Source: Raillietiella orientalis (Eukaryota). From it: 64,000 bases of DNA. The stretch spans positions 248,001 to 312,000 of the forward strand of contig JAYWIR010000041.1 of assembly GCA_036172245.1 (NCBI GenBank), written 5' to 3'. Below are positions 13,701 to 26,400 of the stretch, one piece after another. Every line of letters begins with the position of its first letter. Position 1 is the stretch's first letter. The notes below the pieces were generated by a model. The model saw nothing but the letters and a program-made list of their open reading frames with translations. It was not told where the DNA came from and did no database searches. A program made the position numbers and the translations under genes.

Positions 13701-15970
13701 ATGCATAGCCATTATCCTAAGGTATCTACAACAATTATTGAATGATGTTGGATTCAGTAATATGTAACTTATTGTATCTCTGCTGTATTTCAGCTGCCAC
13801 AGGTTGACCGTATTTCCAATCGAATTTCGTTTTTGCTGTCTAATAATATTGAAGATGATATAAAAGCAGGGAAAATGGCTTTGGATAGCATTGATTCTGA
13901 GTTGCAGTCAGCTGTCAATACATACATTCCTCAAATTAAATCTCAGATTTTAAAAGCAGGAGCTGTAATGTTTGAATTAGCAAAAAATATTAGCATGCTC
14001 CTAGATCATGTGGACTTTCGTGAGAGTGAACAAGGGTTGTTCCAAATCCGTAAAATAGCTTCCCCATATTCTCAGTACAGGTATGTGCCCTAATTATTTG
14101 CTGCTTTATTGCAACGTAAATGCATTAGATGGTATATTGGATTAGCTATTGCTGTTGTATTGCTGCTGATCACGGCATGCTTAGTGATAGGAATTATGTA
14201 TGGATACTGTGCTCCTCGCCCTCTTGATAAATATTCAGATCGATCATGCACAAAGTTCACTGGAGGGAAATGGCTGCATGGGTAAAGAGTAGCAATAATT
14301 TTTTAAACTTTTGTAGTAATTATTATTCTTTAATCATTCCTCTTTAGAGCAATATATCTTACATTTTTTGCTTCACTGTTTGTGTTGCTCCCAACGGTAG
14401 TGTTTTTCATTGTTGGTTCTGTGGTGAAGCACAGTGTATGCAAAGACCTTGAGAATCCACGAACTGATTCCCCCATTTTGAATGAAATTGATAGAATGCT
14501 TCATGATGGAACTTTGCTGAAAGCAAAGATGCCCTTGCATAGTTTGCCAGATGTTCTTCTTATGTGCCATCAGAATGAGAGCTTATACAATATTCTCAAA
14601 TACAGTGTACCTGATTTACCAGATTTTATAAAGGTGCATCGACAACACTTTGATGTCAGCCATCTCATCCAAGTTCTTCATAATCACATTCAGATACAAA
14701 CGAATATCACGTTGCTCCCACCCAATACCAAAGAAAAGCTTCTAGATTTAGCCAATTCTGGATTAGCCGAGCTCAATTTAAGTGGATATACCACTGAAGT
14801 ATGATGGGTTTTTAATATATTAATTGACTAAAGTAATTCTCAGCTAAAACGCCAGTTGTTGTATCTTAATTTGGATAAGATTGTTTTTGATTTACGGACA
14901 ACGTCAAACCAGCTGAACAAATCTTCACCAGAATTAGCATCTTCATTGAGTCGCGAGGCATTTTTTCTTCAAGAACAATTAATGCTGATACGAAAAATTT
15001 TAAGAGATATACTGCAATTGCAAAATGCAACAGATTCACTCTTAAAGGAATTGGCAGTTAATCCTTTGGCTTTTCGTAATAGAATAGAATTGCTTACAGA
15101 AATGACAGAAAGGGCACAACAAGTCCTTGTGACCAGAGGTCAAATTCAGTTACAAAAGGTTGGAATCAGTTCATAAAATTTAATTTCGTTTTACCTTTGC
15201 TGTTAAGTTGGCTGAAGAGTTTATTTTGGATCTGGAAACAAAAATAAGTCAACATGTGGACCTATTAGATGTTCAGATACACCATGGAATAGGTCGCTGC
15301 TGGCCTGTCAGTCAAGCGTATAATTCTTCTGTGATGACTCTGTGCAAACGTGTTATTGACCCTTTTGTAAGAAATGCTGCATGTATAGAACTTTATTGGT
15401 AATGTTGTTTTTAGAATGGATTCTGGGCAAGTGTCGGTTGGTGCTATGTGTTTTTCACATTTGCTTTATTTGGTGCCATTCCACTAGCATCTGCCTTCCA
15501 GACCTTTCAGAAATCTACAGAATACTCGTGAGTTTTACAATGATGTGTTTCTTACACCTTCATTTCTCTTGTAGAGGAGATTATTATTCAGATATCAGGG
15601 ATAATATTATGCTTACAAAGTAAGTGGAGACTTACTGCAAAATAATAATATTATATGTTAGTGTGTCTAGAGAGAAGAAAAGAAGAAAAGTTAAGAGAAG
15701 AAAAGTTAAAGTTGCTGAGGTTCCTGATGGCTTCCCTCATTACACTGCCCCTCTGTCCCCACCCATTGGAAATTGTGAACCTTGTGAATCTGAGCAAACC
15801 AGGTGAATGTACCTTGATTAAAGTCTTCATAAAATACGTTTATTTTCCCCTTTAAGGTATGACATCTCATTTGAAGAAGCTCCACCTGAATATGGAAGTC
15901 TTTCTCAACGATTTCAAAAAGAATATGACAGGCCCCCACCATATTATTATCCGGGACCTACGAAAATTTG
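10747..15970 (+). CDS. prom: Prominin-like pentaspan membrane glycoprotein, multi-exon
   Basis: Signal peptide MSSWIYVAFILASSDC; FDPKGMDYVY; TM followed by Cys-rich CCRCAGKCG; SVCKDL; IGRCWPVSQAYNS..LCKRVIDPF|NGFWAS; C-terminal DRPPPYYYPG; GT-AG introns join the ORF pieces (first coding exon 10747-10975, next 12631-12901, stop 15968-15970). Confidence 0.92.
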
Positions 15971-17889
15971 ATCTCTTATTTGGAGTTTGCAACTGACTGT
16001 TCTTTCCTGTGATGTATCCACTAGTATACCATTCTAATTTTGTAAGGAATTAGAAATGATTTTAAAGAAAATACTTTTATATAATTAGAATATTCAGAGT
16101 CTTGCCATTTTATAAATAGAATCATAATATATATTATTTATATATTGTACCTGATTATCTTATTCATTTTTCATTCTTCAGGCAAAGTGATTTTATTACG
16201 TATATTACTTCACTTTTAACTTTATTTTTATACTTCTTATTTAATGTTTCGTATTCTTTTAGAAAGACTTCCATAGCATCAGTAAATGCAAATGAAGATT
16301 CAACAAATACAGTTTCCCGGATACTTTCTTTTTTTTTTTCTTTTCTAGCTAAGTTTGCAAGTTTGCTATTCATTAAGTTCACACTTCATGAAGCTACAAT
16401 GGTTTCATGCGTTTCCATACTTATGTGTTCATACTTTTATTGAACAAAATCTTCATACGATTGACATTTATGTTGCATTCTGCTATATGCGAAGTTTGGC
16501 TTTCATTTTTATTTGCCTATCAGTTGGACTTTCAGATGTTTATTTGATTTTCCTAATCTCCGTACATGCAGACTTCAAAAACAATGTGAGACAACAGTTC
16601 AATTCAGCAACATACTGACTAGTTCATCAGTATTATATTGCAATTTGTGTAATACTTTTTAATATTTTTGCTATTATTGGACATGAGTATGTTTTGAATC
16701 CATCTGTTTGCAAAATGAAATTCTTACAGGTTTAGAAATGTGAAGTCACAATATCATGCCTATTTACAGTCAGTAATAATTTAAAGGTTAATTTGATTCA
16801 GGTGGTTTTCTAGATCTACTTCTTTTTGGAAAAATTAAGAAAGTTTTATTTATGACTCGAAAGTCAGAATCCAGGCACTGGAAAACGGATTTTTTTTTTT
16901 TTTTTTCCATGAATGGAACGTTTTTTCTATCATTTTTGTTATTTTTCTGCATACTTGTTTTCAGGATTTCTATGATTTCATAGTTCTATGATTACTACTA
17001 AATTAACCCATTCCCTAACTGAGAAATCAAGAAAACTATTGGATGGATAAGTATGCAGAAAACTTTACAGGTATCACATAGATGGTGTCTCTTGTAGCCA
17101 CCTGATTCCAGAACTATTATTTGTATTTTTTATTGATTGTGTATTGAACCACCTGAATGGCATGGAAGTATCTAAGTTTTCAATTTATTGAGGGCTCCAT
17201 TATGCAAGTTCTGACAAAGTGAGCAACAAATGTTCTTGAGAAAGTCGTGTTGGGCCACTGTGTTGGTCAGATTCACTAAAAATGTTTCATCTACCAAGTC
17301 ATGTTTAAACATATTGATACTAATGAGTGTGCTGTTGATTTATGAAGAGAAATGAGGCAGCCATTTCCAAACTAAAGTAGCAGGTATTATTTCAAAAATA
17401 CGCGACAGTAATTTCAATTTGAAATTGGAATACAAAAATTAACTTGTGATGGTATTGTACGGCAAAATATTTAAATTGCACTGAAGTATTCAAAAGTCAC
17501 AAGAGTGGTAAAACCCGTTAACAGGAATTATATACAATATCTGGAAAGGAAAAGTAAATATTGTCTGTCTAATTTGAAACGAAACAATAAAAAAAAATGC
17601 ATTACGAATCTCCCATGTAGAATCCAAAGCGCACTAAAATAGTTTTTCACTCTCTTCTCAACTTCAGTTCACAGTTCCAGCTAAAATTCTTAGAACAAGG
17701 TTTTAATGAAATCTCGAACGTTTTGTTGAAACTTTCACTTAGTTATTATTAAGTATGTAAGTGTATCACACATGCAAACCCTATTGATAAAAGTAAGGTT
17801 GACTTTTAATAGCAGGTGTGACACTAATTCACTTGCATAAACAGCAAGGTGCTCTTACAGTTTTGTAGTTTTCTGTAGGAGTTTTGTAC

Positions 17890-18670
17890 GTTAAATACTG
17901 TGCCCTATTGGTATGTGATTTACATTGCACTGCCTGCGTATGAATGGGATTTTTTTAAAACTAACGATATTATGCACTTCGGAGTTCTTAAGAAAAAAGT
18001 CTCTAAATGTCTTAGACACCTGAAGAGTGAGAGTTTCAACGGAGACACGGATTTCTTTCAGATAACCATTTGCAAGGTGCATGAGCGCTGGGCATTCGAT
18101 TAATTTGGTATCGAGCGCTCCTGGAGTACTTTTCTCTTTCCACAGATCCACATTAAATAGTTGATGCTGACGAACGAAGTTTTAAAAAACCAACATTAAT
18201 TTAAAATTAAAATTTTACAATACTAACAAGCCATACAATCTAATATCTACCATTAAATGTTCATTTTCTTACACATGACAATTATTTTATTAAACCCATC
18301 AACATTCAACATTAATATTAATTTCACTATTAAAACAAAACATATTTAATACTTCTAAAATATTCACTTAAATATTTTTTAGAATTTTTAAACATCATCA
18401 TAAAATGAAATCTATCAATCATTTCATAATCTAAGCCCCAATAAAATCCAAATAAACATTAACCTAAACTTCCAAACTAACAAAGCATCCCTTACCCAAT
18501 CACATCCTCCAATACAGATTAAAGTAAAATATATAGCTATCAAACTTACTCTCCAAATAAATCCATAACTGAACGCTACTATAACAGAAAATTTTTCTAA
18601 TCCATTAACATTCCCTTTACACTATACTCCATTCACATCCCATGACTCATTAAATTAACCCATTTCCTAA
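17890..18670 (-). mobile_element. LINE ORF2 apurinic-endonuclease (APE) region, partly C-to-T hypermutated
   Basis: Minus strand with plausible spacing: SWDVNGV (WNVNGL), FLL** (FLQE), VDGFN (GDFN), DLWKEKSTPG, KEIRVS, SEVHNIV (SDH). Confidence 0.65.
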
Positions 18671-21479
18671 CAATTAAATTAACACTACATAAACATTAAA
18701 AAATTTTCTATAAATCACCCACCAGGCACCTTTCTCGTTCTTATGACGCGCTCTGCATAGACCTTCATTGAATTGAATGGCCTTTCCAAAATTCCTATAT
18801 TTGCCTATAAATGCATGCCTATAGACGAACCGTGTCCTAGGGCAGCAGGCGATGCCCCCTTAGTGATATGTTTGTCTCGTTGCTGTCAGAAAGCTGGAGA
18901 AAACAGGAGCCTGGACTTTTGAGGGGTGCTTTTTCTAGCGGTGGGACAGCCTCCGCTCCTTCAGTGGCGGACCGTTTACTCTGGGGCCGGGGAGACGATC
19001 AGAGTTTTTCTCCGTATCCTGGGCGAAGTGCCTGAGAGGGATGACAGAACTGCTGCCGCCTGAAGGGTAATTCTAGTCTGCAGTCGCCATAGGAGGACGA
19101 ACAGGAGCAGGATGAGACGACAGAGACTCAAGGGAGTGGCAGCACAGGATCTCTGGGGCGCGAATCCTGATGGAGGGCCGCTTCTTGCGTTGCGTTAATA
19201 TGGGATTATCATTACCTCAGATGTCCTGAGGCCCCAAGCACCATTCCAGAAGATTAGGCGATGTCTCATGATGCAGTATAGTTATGGAGTAGGTACATTT
19301 CAACAAAGAATCATTGAAAATCGCACTCTAATTTTCCTACTCTAATCACCCAACAGAATGTGAACCAACAGCACCCTGGTCCTTGGTTGCACTTGGAACT
19401 TTTATGCTTTGCGCTCTACATTCACGTAGTCAGATAAATTCAGCTAAATAGAACCGCCCCGAGATTGTGCAATGACTTACTTGCACATTATAACGATCAT
19501 TACATTATCCCTGATATCTAAATAATTATTCCTGAACAAGAGGAATGTGTCATGAGATGACTGGCAACGTTAGATATGATTCTGACATAGCTGCCATCAC
19601 ATTCCAACAATTCAACTTGATCGTAGTGTTTCGTACGAAGCTCAAGTTTAAACTAAAACCTGAAAAATGATTTCGAAGATCAGTGCAGCATTTACAGGTA
19701 ATTCTTTATATGTTTCTTTATAGACCGAAGGGGAATCTGCTTGAAGGTAAATCTCGGAATATTAACCATTCATTCTTTTTTCTTGGTTGGAAATACGATT
19801 TCCTTCTCGTTAAAAGGCCATGGATGTTTTCCTTAAACTAAACAGAAACAAAAGTTTGTAATACATTAGTGCCTGATATAATCGAACAGCTCGCATAGGT
19901 TTTGATTCCCATTACTGCTTATTGGTAAAATAGCACGCATAATGGAAGCAAGGATGACTCATCTTACTCGTAAATATGCTGAGTATTCATTTTCCTCATC
20001 ATTATTTTCACTAAATGGGAGTAAATGATCTCAACATCTAGGAGTAAACGTATTTTTCGATTTTTCAGCTATTTTTAGCTATTTTATACGCTAAAAACTC
20101 AGATGACATTCTCTTGTATTTGATTCTAAGCTTTGATCATTCATTCCTAAGAAAAAAAAGAAAAAAGAAAAGAAAATTATTAAAAAATTTTGCAGTTCGA
20201 AATTATAGTGTTTTTTATTGAAAAAACATGAACATGGCGTCCTAAATAAATCAAAACTCACCTTTGATGTTTTCTTTTCTTTTCTTTTTACTAATCGCTT
20301 TTCTTTTTTCATTTTCTAATACTCAGAAATTATGAATGTTTTCACGTTTGGGAGTTAACTTTTTTAATTTCTTTAAGTATTATCACTGATTTCAAGTTAC
20401 AAAGCTTTTTTTTCTCATGTGCATCTAAACATCTTTTGCATGACTTTGTTTTGATTCTTCAAAAGGAAACTCATTACTTTTATTTAGAATCTTGAAAGGG
20501 AAAACACCCCTTTCTGAGGTGTGTGAAGGACAGTCGACCTTGAATTTTCATTAATGTGTTAACACTGAAGTCCCTGGTGCCTATTACCCCAACGACTTCC
20601 AAGGAATTTTAAGAATAGCTGATACGTAAGAAAAATCCAACCAAGATTAATTCGATTACTTTAGTGCACCATCTCAGTTTAAAGATGAAAGTTAACCAGG
20701 TATCAGATGGTTATAAGAATCTATAGAGAGGATATTTAATTTATTTGAAGGTGGTTTCTCAAAATGTAAATCAACACCAAAAAACGAGCAGCATCGAGTT
20801 TAATTAGTTCTTTGCAGCAAAGTTCTAAGAACCTCTCTTATAATCGAACTCTCTCTTGATACAAGATTGATGGTAATTAGAACTTTAAACTCAAAAGTTC
20901 AAAGGTTTAAAGAGATTTTACTGACGGAAAAAATAGCGATAAAAAAATGATATACAGAAAGCTTCAAAATCGTGTGCTATCACTACCACAAATTTTTTTT
21001 AATGTTTTTTTAAATTCGTTTTGTGGTAGAGAAATGTGTGAGCATGTTCGTATTGATTAGAAAGGAGTATTACTTAGAAAAACAAATGACCACATAAGGG
21101 CATTTATGAGATTTCGTTTTTGCTTTCGATGCTTTGTTCTTTGAAGTTACACATATAATGTATTGAAATGAAATGAATTAACCGTTGGTTATAAAATAAA
21201 GATCTCCAAAACATGTGCTCAAATATGTTTAGCAGTCTTTTAATATTGCTGCAGTGCCTATATTCAAATTTAATTGAAAGGCAACAGAAAATTCTTGATT
21301 TTTTCGACCCTATATTCAGCTGCTCCTGCCTTGGTGTGCTTAGATTTTTATATTCATGTACACGGAAATTATTTCCATTAGGAAAATCAAGATTGGCCTC
21401 GTAATTGGTGGTATGATTCATGCGTGTCTGTAGTTTGTGGGTAGACTGCTCGAATCGCATGCAAAGGATGAGTGGAAGC

Positions 21480-22080
21480 GCAAAAAAGGTGTGCCAGTCA
21501 TCTTTAGATTAGATACGCTTTACGATATAGAGTCCACAAGTTGCTGGGAAATTTTCTATAATCTTCAGAAATCATTTTAAGGAATAATTTCTGAAAGACA
21601 CGCCAACTCCCATTGCATAGGTTGCACTTTGCTGAAAGAGCCAGACGTGGGTCTCGTTTTACTTTGCCAGCATCACGGCGGGCTGTAACTCATGGCGCAG
21701 ATCGGCACTCCAAAATTCAGACAAATAATCTGAAGAGCATGGAATCAGCACGTATTTATTGAATTGTAACCAAATTGCGATGTGCCGGGTTTTTCGAACC
21801 GCTCTGGGCAAATCCAGTAGGATATTTAGGCCTGTTGTAATTGCATGTTATTCAAAGCATTTGAATGTCAGCTGCTAATTGTATCATGCTCGTTCGCTCC
21901 AGGTTTGCATGAAATTTTTGGCCCTTTTTGGCCTTCACGGAATTTATTTCTTTGTGGTAGCCGGGTTTCCATGGTCAGTTTCACGTAAGCCGTTGTATAG
22001 GAATCTGAGTCATGTACTAAGTGCAACGCGAAGTATCAGTCCTTGACATATTTGCGTTTACTTGCAATAAGTCCGGTCCT
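21480..22080 (+). mobile_element. Degenerate LINE RT N-terminal fragment
   Basis: TAGCNS, IFRPVVIACYSKHL (YRPI..K) and VLDIFAF (LD..KAFD) in order on +. Confidence 0.5.
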
Positions 22081-23456
22081 GGAAGTTGAAAAATAAATTA
22101 AGCTTCAGAAAATTAAAAGCAATTTTGTACAAAATGGTGGTGGTGGTCAGTGGGTGGTCAGCCCGTGTCCCGCGGTAGGAAAGGATCTTAACAAAAATTG
22201 TTGGGCTTTTTTACATTGTAGCTGGATAATTATTTTTTATTCCATATTTTTTTGTGGCAATTAAAAAATCGTGGAGGAGAACCATAAATCGCAGCAAGTA
22301 CGATCAAAATCGTTTTGCGTTAGGGTTGTTTTTGAAGTCAGCACCTTGTTTGCAGTTGCCAGAGAGTACCATACAGTACCAAAATCATGCTTTCTAATAA
22401 TATGAAGTATAGTTTCATTATTTCATAGTTTAGTTGCCCCAAGGGTAGTGTATATTGTTTACAGCTCTTAAGCCATATAGCTAGGTTTGTTTCATCAGTC
22501 ACTGCATCTGAATTCTGCAATTCAAGGATTACTTGGTTAGAATATGTTTGATAGCCATATTATATGCATAAGCAAATAAATACGTTGTTGATTAGAATAA
22601 AAATGTGGTTTTTGTTTGCTTCCCATACAACATATAGAATAAACTATGTAATTACAAATAGTACATGGTACTAATGGCTGAGTGCTGATCATCAATTAAG
22701 CCTATACCTAATGATATAGATGATAAAATCAAGGCTAATATTCCCATGAAACTGTTTTATTTCCGATATTAATATACCTTGTCCAAATGATAACGTAATG
22801 TAATTGCTATCTATCCTTGGTTTTTCTTCCACAAGATGCATGCTTCATACGTAGGTTTTTTTTTTTTATCCCTTAGAGTTTGCTTGTTTGTTTATTTTAT
22901 CCTTTTTTGTATTTAAATGCCTGAATTTTTTTTGCAACATTCGAGCTACATCCAGGTTTTAATGTAAATAAACTTATAGCAGATTGTTCAAAATCAGGCA
23001 CTTACTATGCTCAGGCATTACCTTTATGCTATATATGTTGATCAAAGAAATGAAGGATTCATCTGAATATTGAGAACATTCACCATAGTTTTCTAATGTC
23101 GGAAGGATATTTAATTATTGTCTTCTAGATCACTGGATATTTGTTTATGATTATTTCAATAAATTGAATTTCGGAAGAATTTTGGTTTACACAGATATTT
23201 TATAAACAGAATTTTATTCCATTGCATAGACTTTCGTATCCAATAGAAACATTCCTACCCCGAAAATTTATGCTACTTTTGCTTTCAAGAAAGTCATGAT
23301 AATGTGATCAGGGCTTTCAGTGAAGAACATACTCGATTGATAGCTTATTTATGTTAGGTAATTTGCATGCATTTCTAATTGTTTTTTGTTTTTTTTAGCA
23401 AATTTGAGTTTTACTACCATGCTGTAACCAAAGACTTTCTTTAATCTCAAAGAACA

Positions 23457-26400
23457 ATGGAAGATCCTTTTTTTAATTTTGGAGATGAAGTGTACAGAAT
23501 GAAGAAACATGGAGATATTGAAGTTGGCATTGTTTCAGAGAACGCATTAGATGTGCATTCAGATGCAGATAGTGACTATGAAAACCTTAATTTAAGAAAA
23601 GGGTTTGTTAGAGTCTCTTGGCATCCTCGTGGAGAGCAGGAAATCATCAGTGAAAAAGAGGTTAGTTTGCAATTGGTTTGAATGGAAAAATTCTTTGAAA
23701 GTGATTTGGAAAATCAATTTGTGCTCATATTTGATGATTATGCTTTAAGTTCTTAATCTGTGTATTTATCATCAAATTAAAAATCTTAAGCATTAAATAA
23801 GGATTGAGTATTGTTATGCATATGTGTAGCTATGTAATTGTGAAATACGTTTCTATAATGATTACGGAAGTGTTTTGATATACTTGTTCTACATATCAGT
23901 GCTGTTCAAATTTCTGGGTACAAAAAATGTGTACCACTCTCAGATAGTTCATCAAAATGAAGTGAGAATGCTTATTCTGAATATTATAGATGCATATATG
24001 CTGCATAATTTATTCTCTGCATTGTTTGTCTCTTCATTACTATAGGAACATGACTTTCTCACAGTATTTTGAACAAAGCATAATACTATTTCCACATAGT
24101 TGCTTATGGAGTTCTCGGATCACGAATTTATTTTAATCAGTATAGCTTTATGTCCTCTGAAAACATTATATTTCAATATTGCTTTACTGTTTGTAAACCA
24201 TTACCTGTTAATATTATTTATTCATATTTTGCTAGTAGTATTGCTTATGCCTGCATGATTCAGGTAAGCATAAGCAATTAAAAGGTGATCAGCATGAACT
24301 CATCTCCTTTTTTATTTAAATGGGTTGAAATTTCTTTATGAATGTGGAATCTGTTATGGTTATCACAGTTTTTTTGGACACTTTGCAAAACAATCCCATT
24401 GTAATGCTTTTTAATCTGGACAGTGATTTGTAGTCACATATGTAAAAATTAGAAACTTATTTCATAAAAGTAAATCATTCAGTAGAGATGCTTTTTCAAA
24501 GTTAAGAATTTGTCTAACGTTATTGTTTAAATAGATTAATTTAGCTGATAGAGCATTAATGCCAGGTCATGTAGTGAGAAGGATTTCACCAAAAGGCCAA
24601 CAAGGTCTGTGTAAAACTGTAGATGTTGAAGCAACTGTTAAGATATATGGAGCTCCATTTGTGATACGTAATGTATCCAGAAAGCATTTACTTCCATTGG
24701 TAAGAGTGTGTTTATTGGTTTTGTGGACATTTTTTGTTTTCTTACATTTATGTATTCTTTATTTTTAACACTTCATGCCTTTACCTTATTAAATTATGAT
24801 TCATGATATTTTCTGCATTGAGTAGTAAAGATGACATTGTTAATGCAAAAAACGTTGCCAGTTTTGCCAGTTAATTCACGGAATTCTATTTTAATTTATT
24901 TCTTTCCATAATTGAATACTATTTATTTAATCAGCGTGTTTTAAAAAAAATCCAGTTTCACAAGAAACTAGAACTAGACTTAGAACTTGCAAGAAACATT
25001 TTTAGAATGTTGAAGCCTACACAGTCTTCTTGAAAGATTCCTGGATTGGTGAAGTGATAAATTTGGAACGAAAATTACTTCTGTCATTTTCAAATGGATC
25101 CAAATGCATTTTAAATGAAGTTTGTGCTGGAGGTTTGACTGATGTGAAGGTTAAGCGAGCAAAGGTTAGCATTTTGTTATATTTAGACTTGGCATTTGTT
25201 ATTGTATCGTAGTTACAGAATCCAATACAACTTTCAAGTTTTTGTTAATTTAGGAACACTTGCGAATATAAGAATCATGTGTCCATATTTGTTCCTAAGC
25301 TTCTTAATGAATAAAAAAATAATGTAATTATTCCAACTTAATGTAAAAATTCTATTAAGTTATGTAATAAGGAAGTTACCTGTCCAAGCTACATTCCAGC
25401 ATGTTACATGTCATCTATCACATGCAACATGCTGGAATAATAAGTCTCTTGTACAAGTGAATTGTAGGAAAGAAATCATAAAGAAAATAGTCTCTTGATA
25501 CCATTTCTCAGCAAAATTCAGTTCGAAAATTGTGCATGTTGTAGCAAGTTCTCTCTGGAAGATTTATTAAATGATATTGAATGAATAAGTTAAGTGTTAT
25601 GTTTAATTTATTACTTTTATTTTTCTGTTTGTATTCCGAGAAGAGAAAAAGATTCTTCATCTCATTCTAATAAACTGTTTGGGTTGCTAAGAAAATGCAC
25701 TGGGATTGTCATATTTTAAGTATTGCATGTGATTTGTCCTAATTCATTATCAGATGTTATGTTTATATTAGATGAAATTTACCATGATGCTCATTTTTAC
25801 AAATATATGAAAAGAATAGCTAATAAAACATTGGTTTAGCATTAACCACTTTCATACTTGGTTGTGTGATGGTGAAGAATTCTTATGTGGAAATCTGTGA
25901 ACTGATAAGAGCATGCTATCTTATGTTTTGTATTTTATTTTATTTTTTAAATAAATATTAGAGATTATAGTACCTGTGTCGTTTATGTGTTCTGCTTTTC
26001 AATTTTACCTTAATTTTCTATATGTGTGTTTCACATGTTATTCACTGTAATGCTTTGTATTCCTAAATGACGATGATTTTATATTCCCCATGCAATAAAT
26101 CATAATATAAAATGGAAAAAAAAACGTGATTGTTTCTGGGACTGCTCTGTAAAATAGAAGATGGATGGTAATCAATCGAATGTAACAGTAAATGATATTT
26201 TTCTCTATCATTCAGCACAAATCAGTGAATACAATAGAACACTAGTATGTTCACTGATTCACAATTTCCATAACATAGGAAATTTTTCGTGGATAGATGT
26301 ATAGTTGTAGAATTTGTTGAATTTCAGTAGGAGTTTATAATCTGAATTAAATTTTGGCATTGAATTTTCAGTAAATTATAATGTAGTTCGATTTTTAGAA

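Noticed and set aside
17003..18671. 17-bp near match ttaacccatt(c/t)cctaac at 17003 and 18655 resembling piggyBac ends
   Set aside because: Same orientation rather than inverted, no extension of similarity, and no transposase.
18181..18720. NUMT explanation for the G-poor tract
   Set aside because: No recognisable mitochondrial protein, tRNA or rRNA in the frames I read, and APE motifs run through the tract; not excluded without a BLAST search.
21590..21660. YAMGVGV on minus, like a paramyxovirus nucleoprotein motif
   Set aside because: Isolated 7-aa match lying antisense to a LINE RT fragment (FRPV..K, LD..AF).
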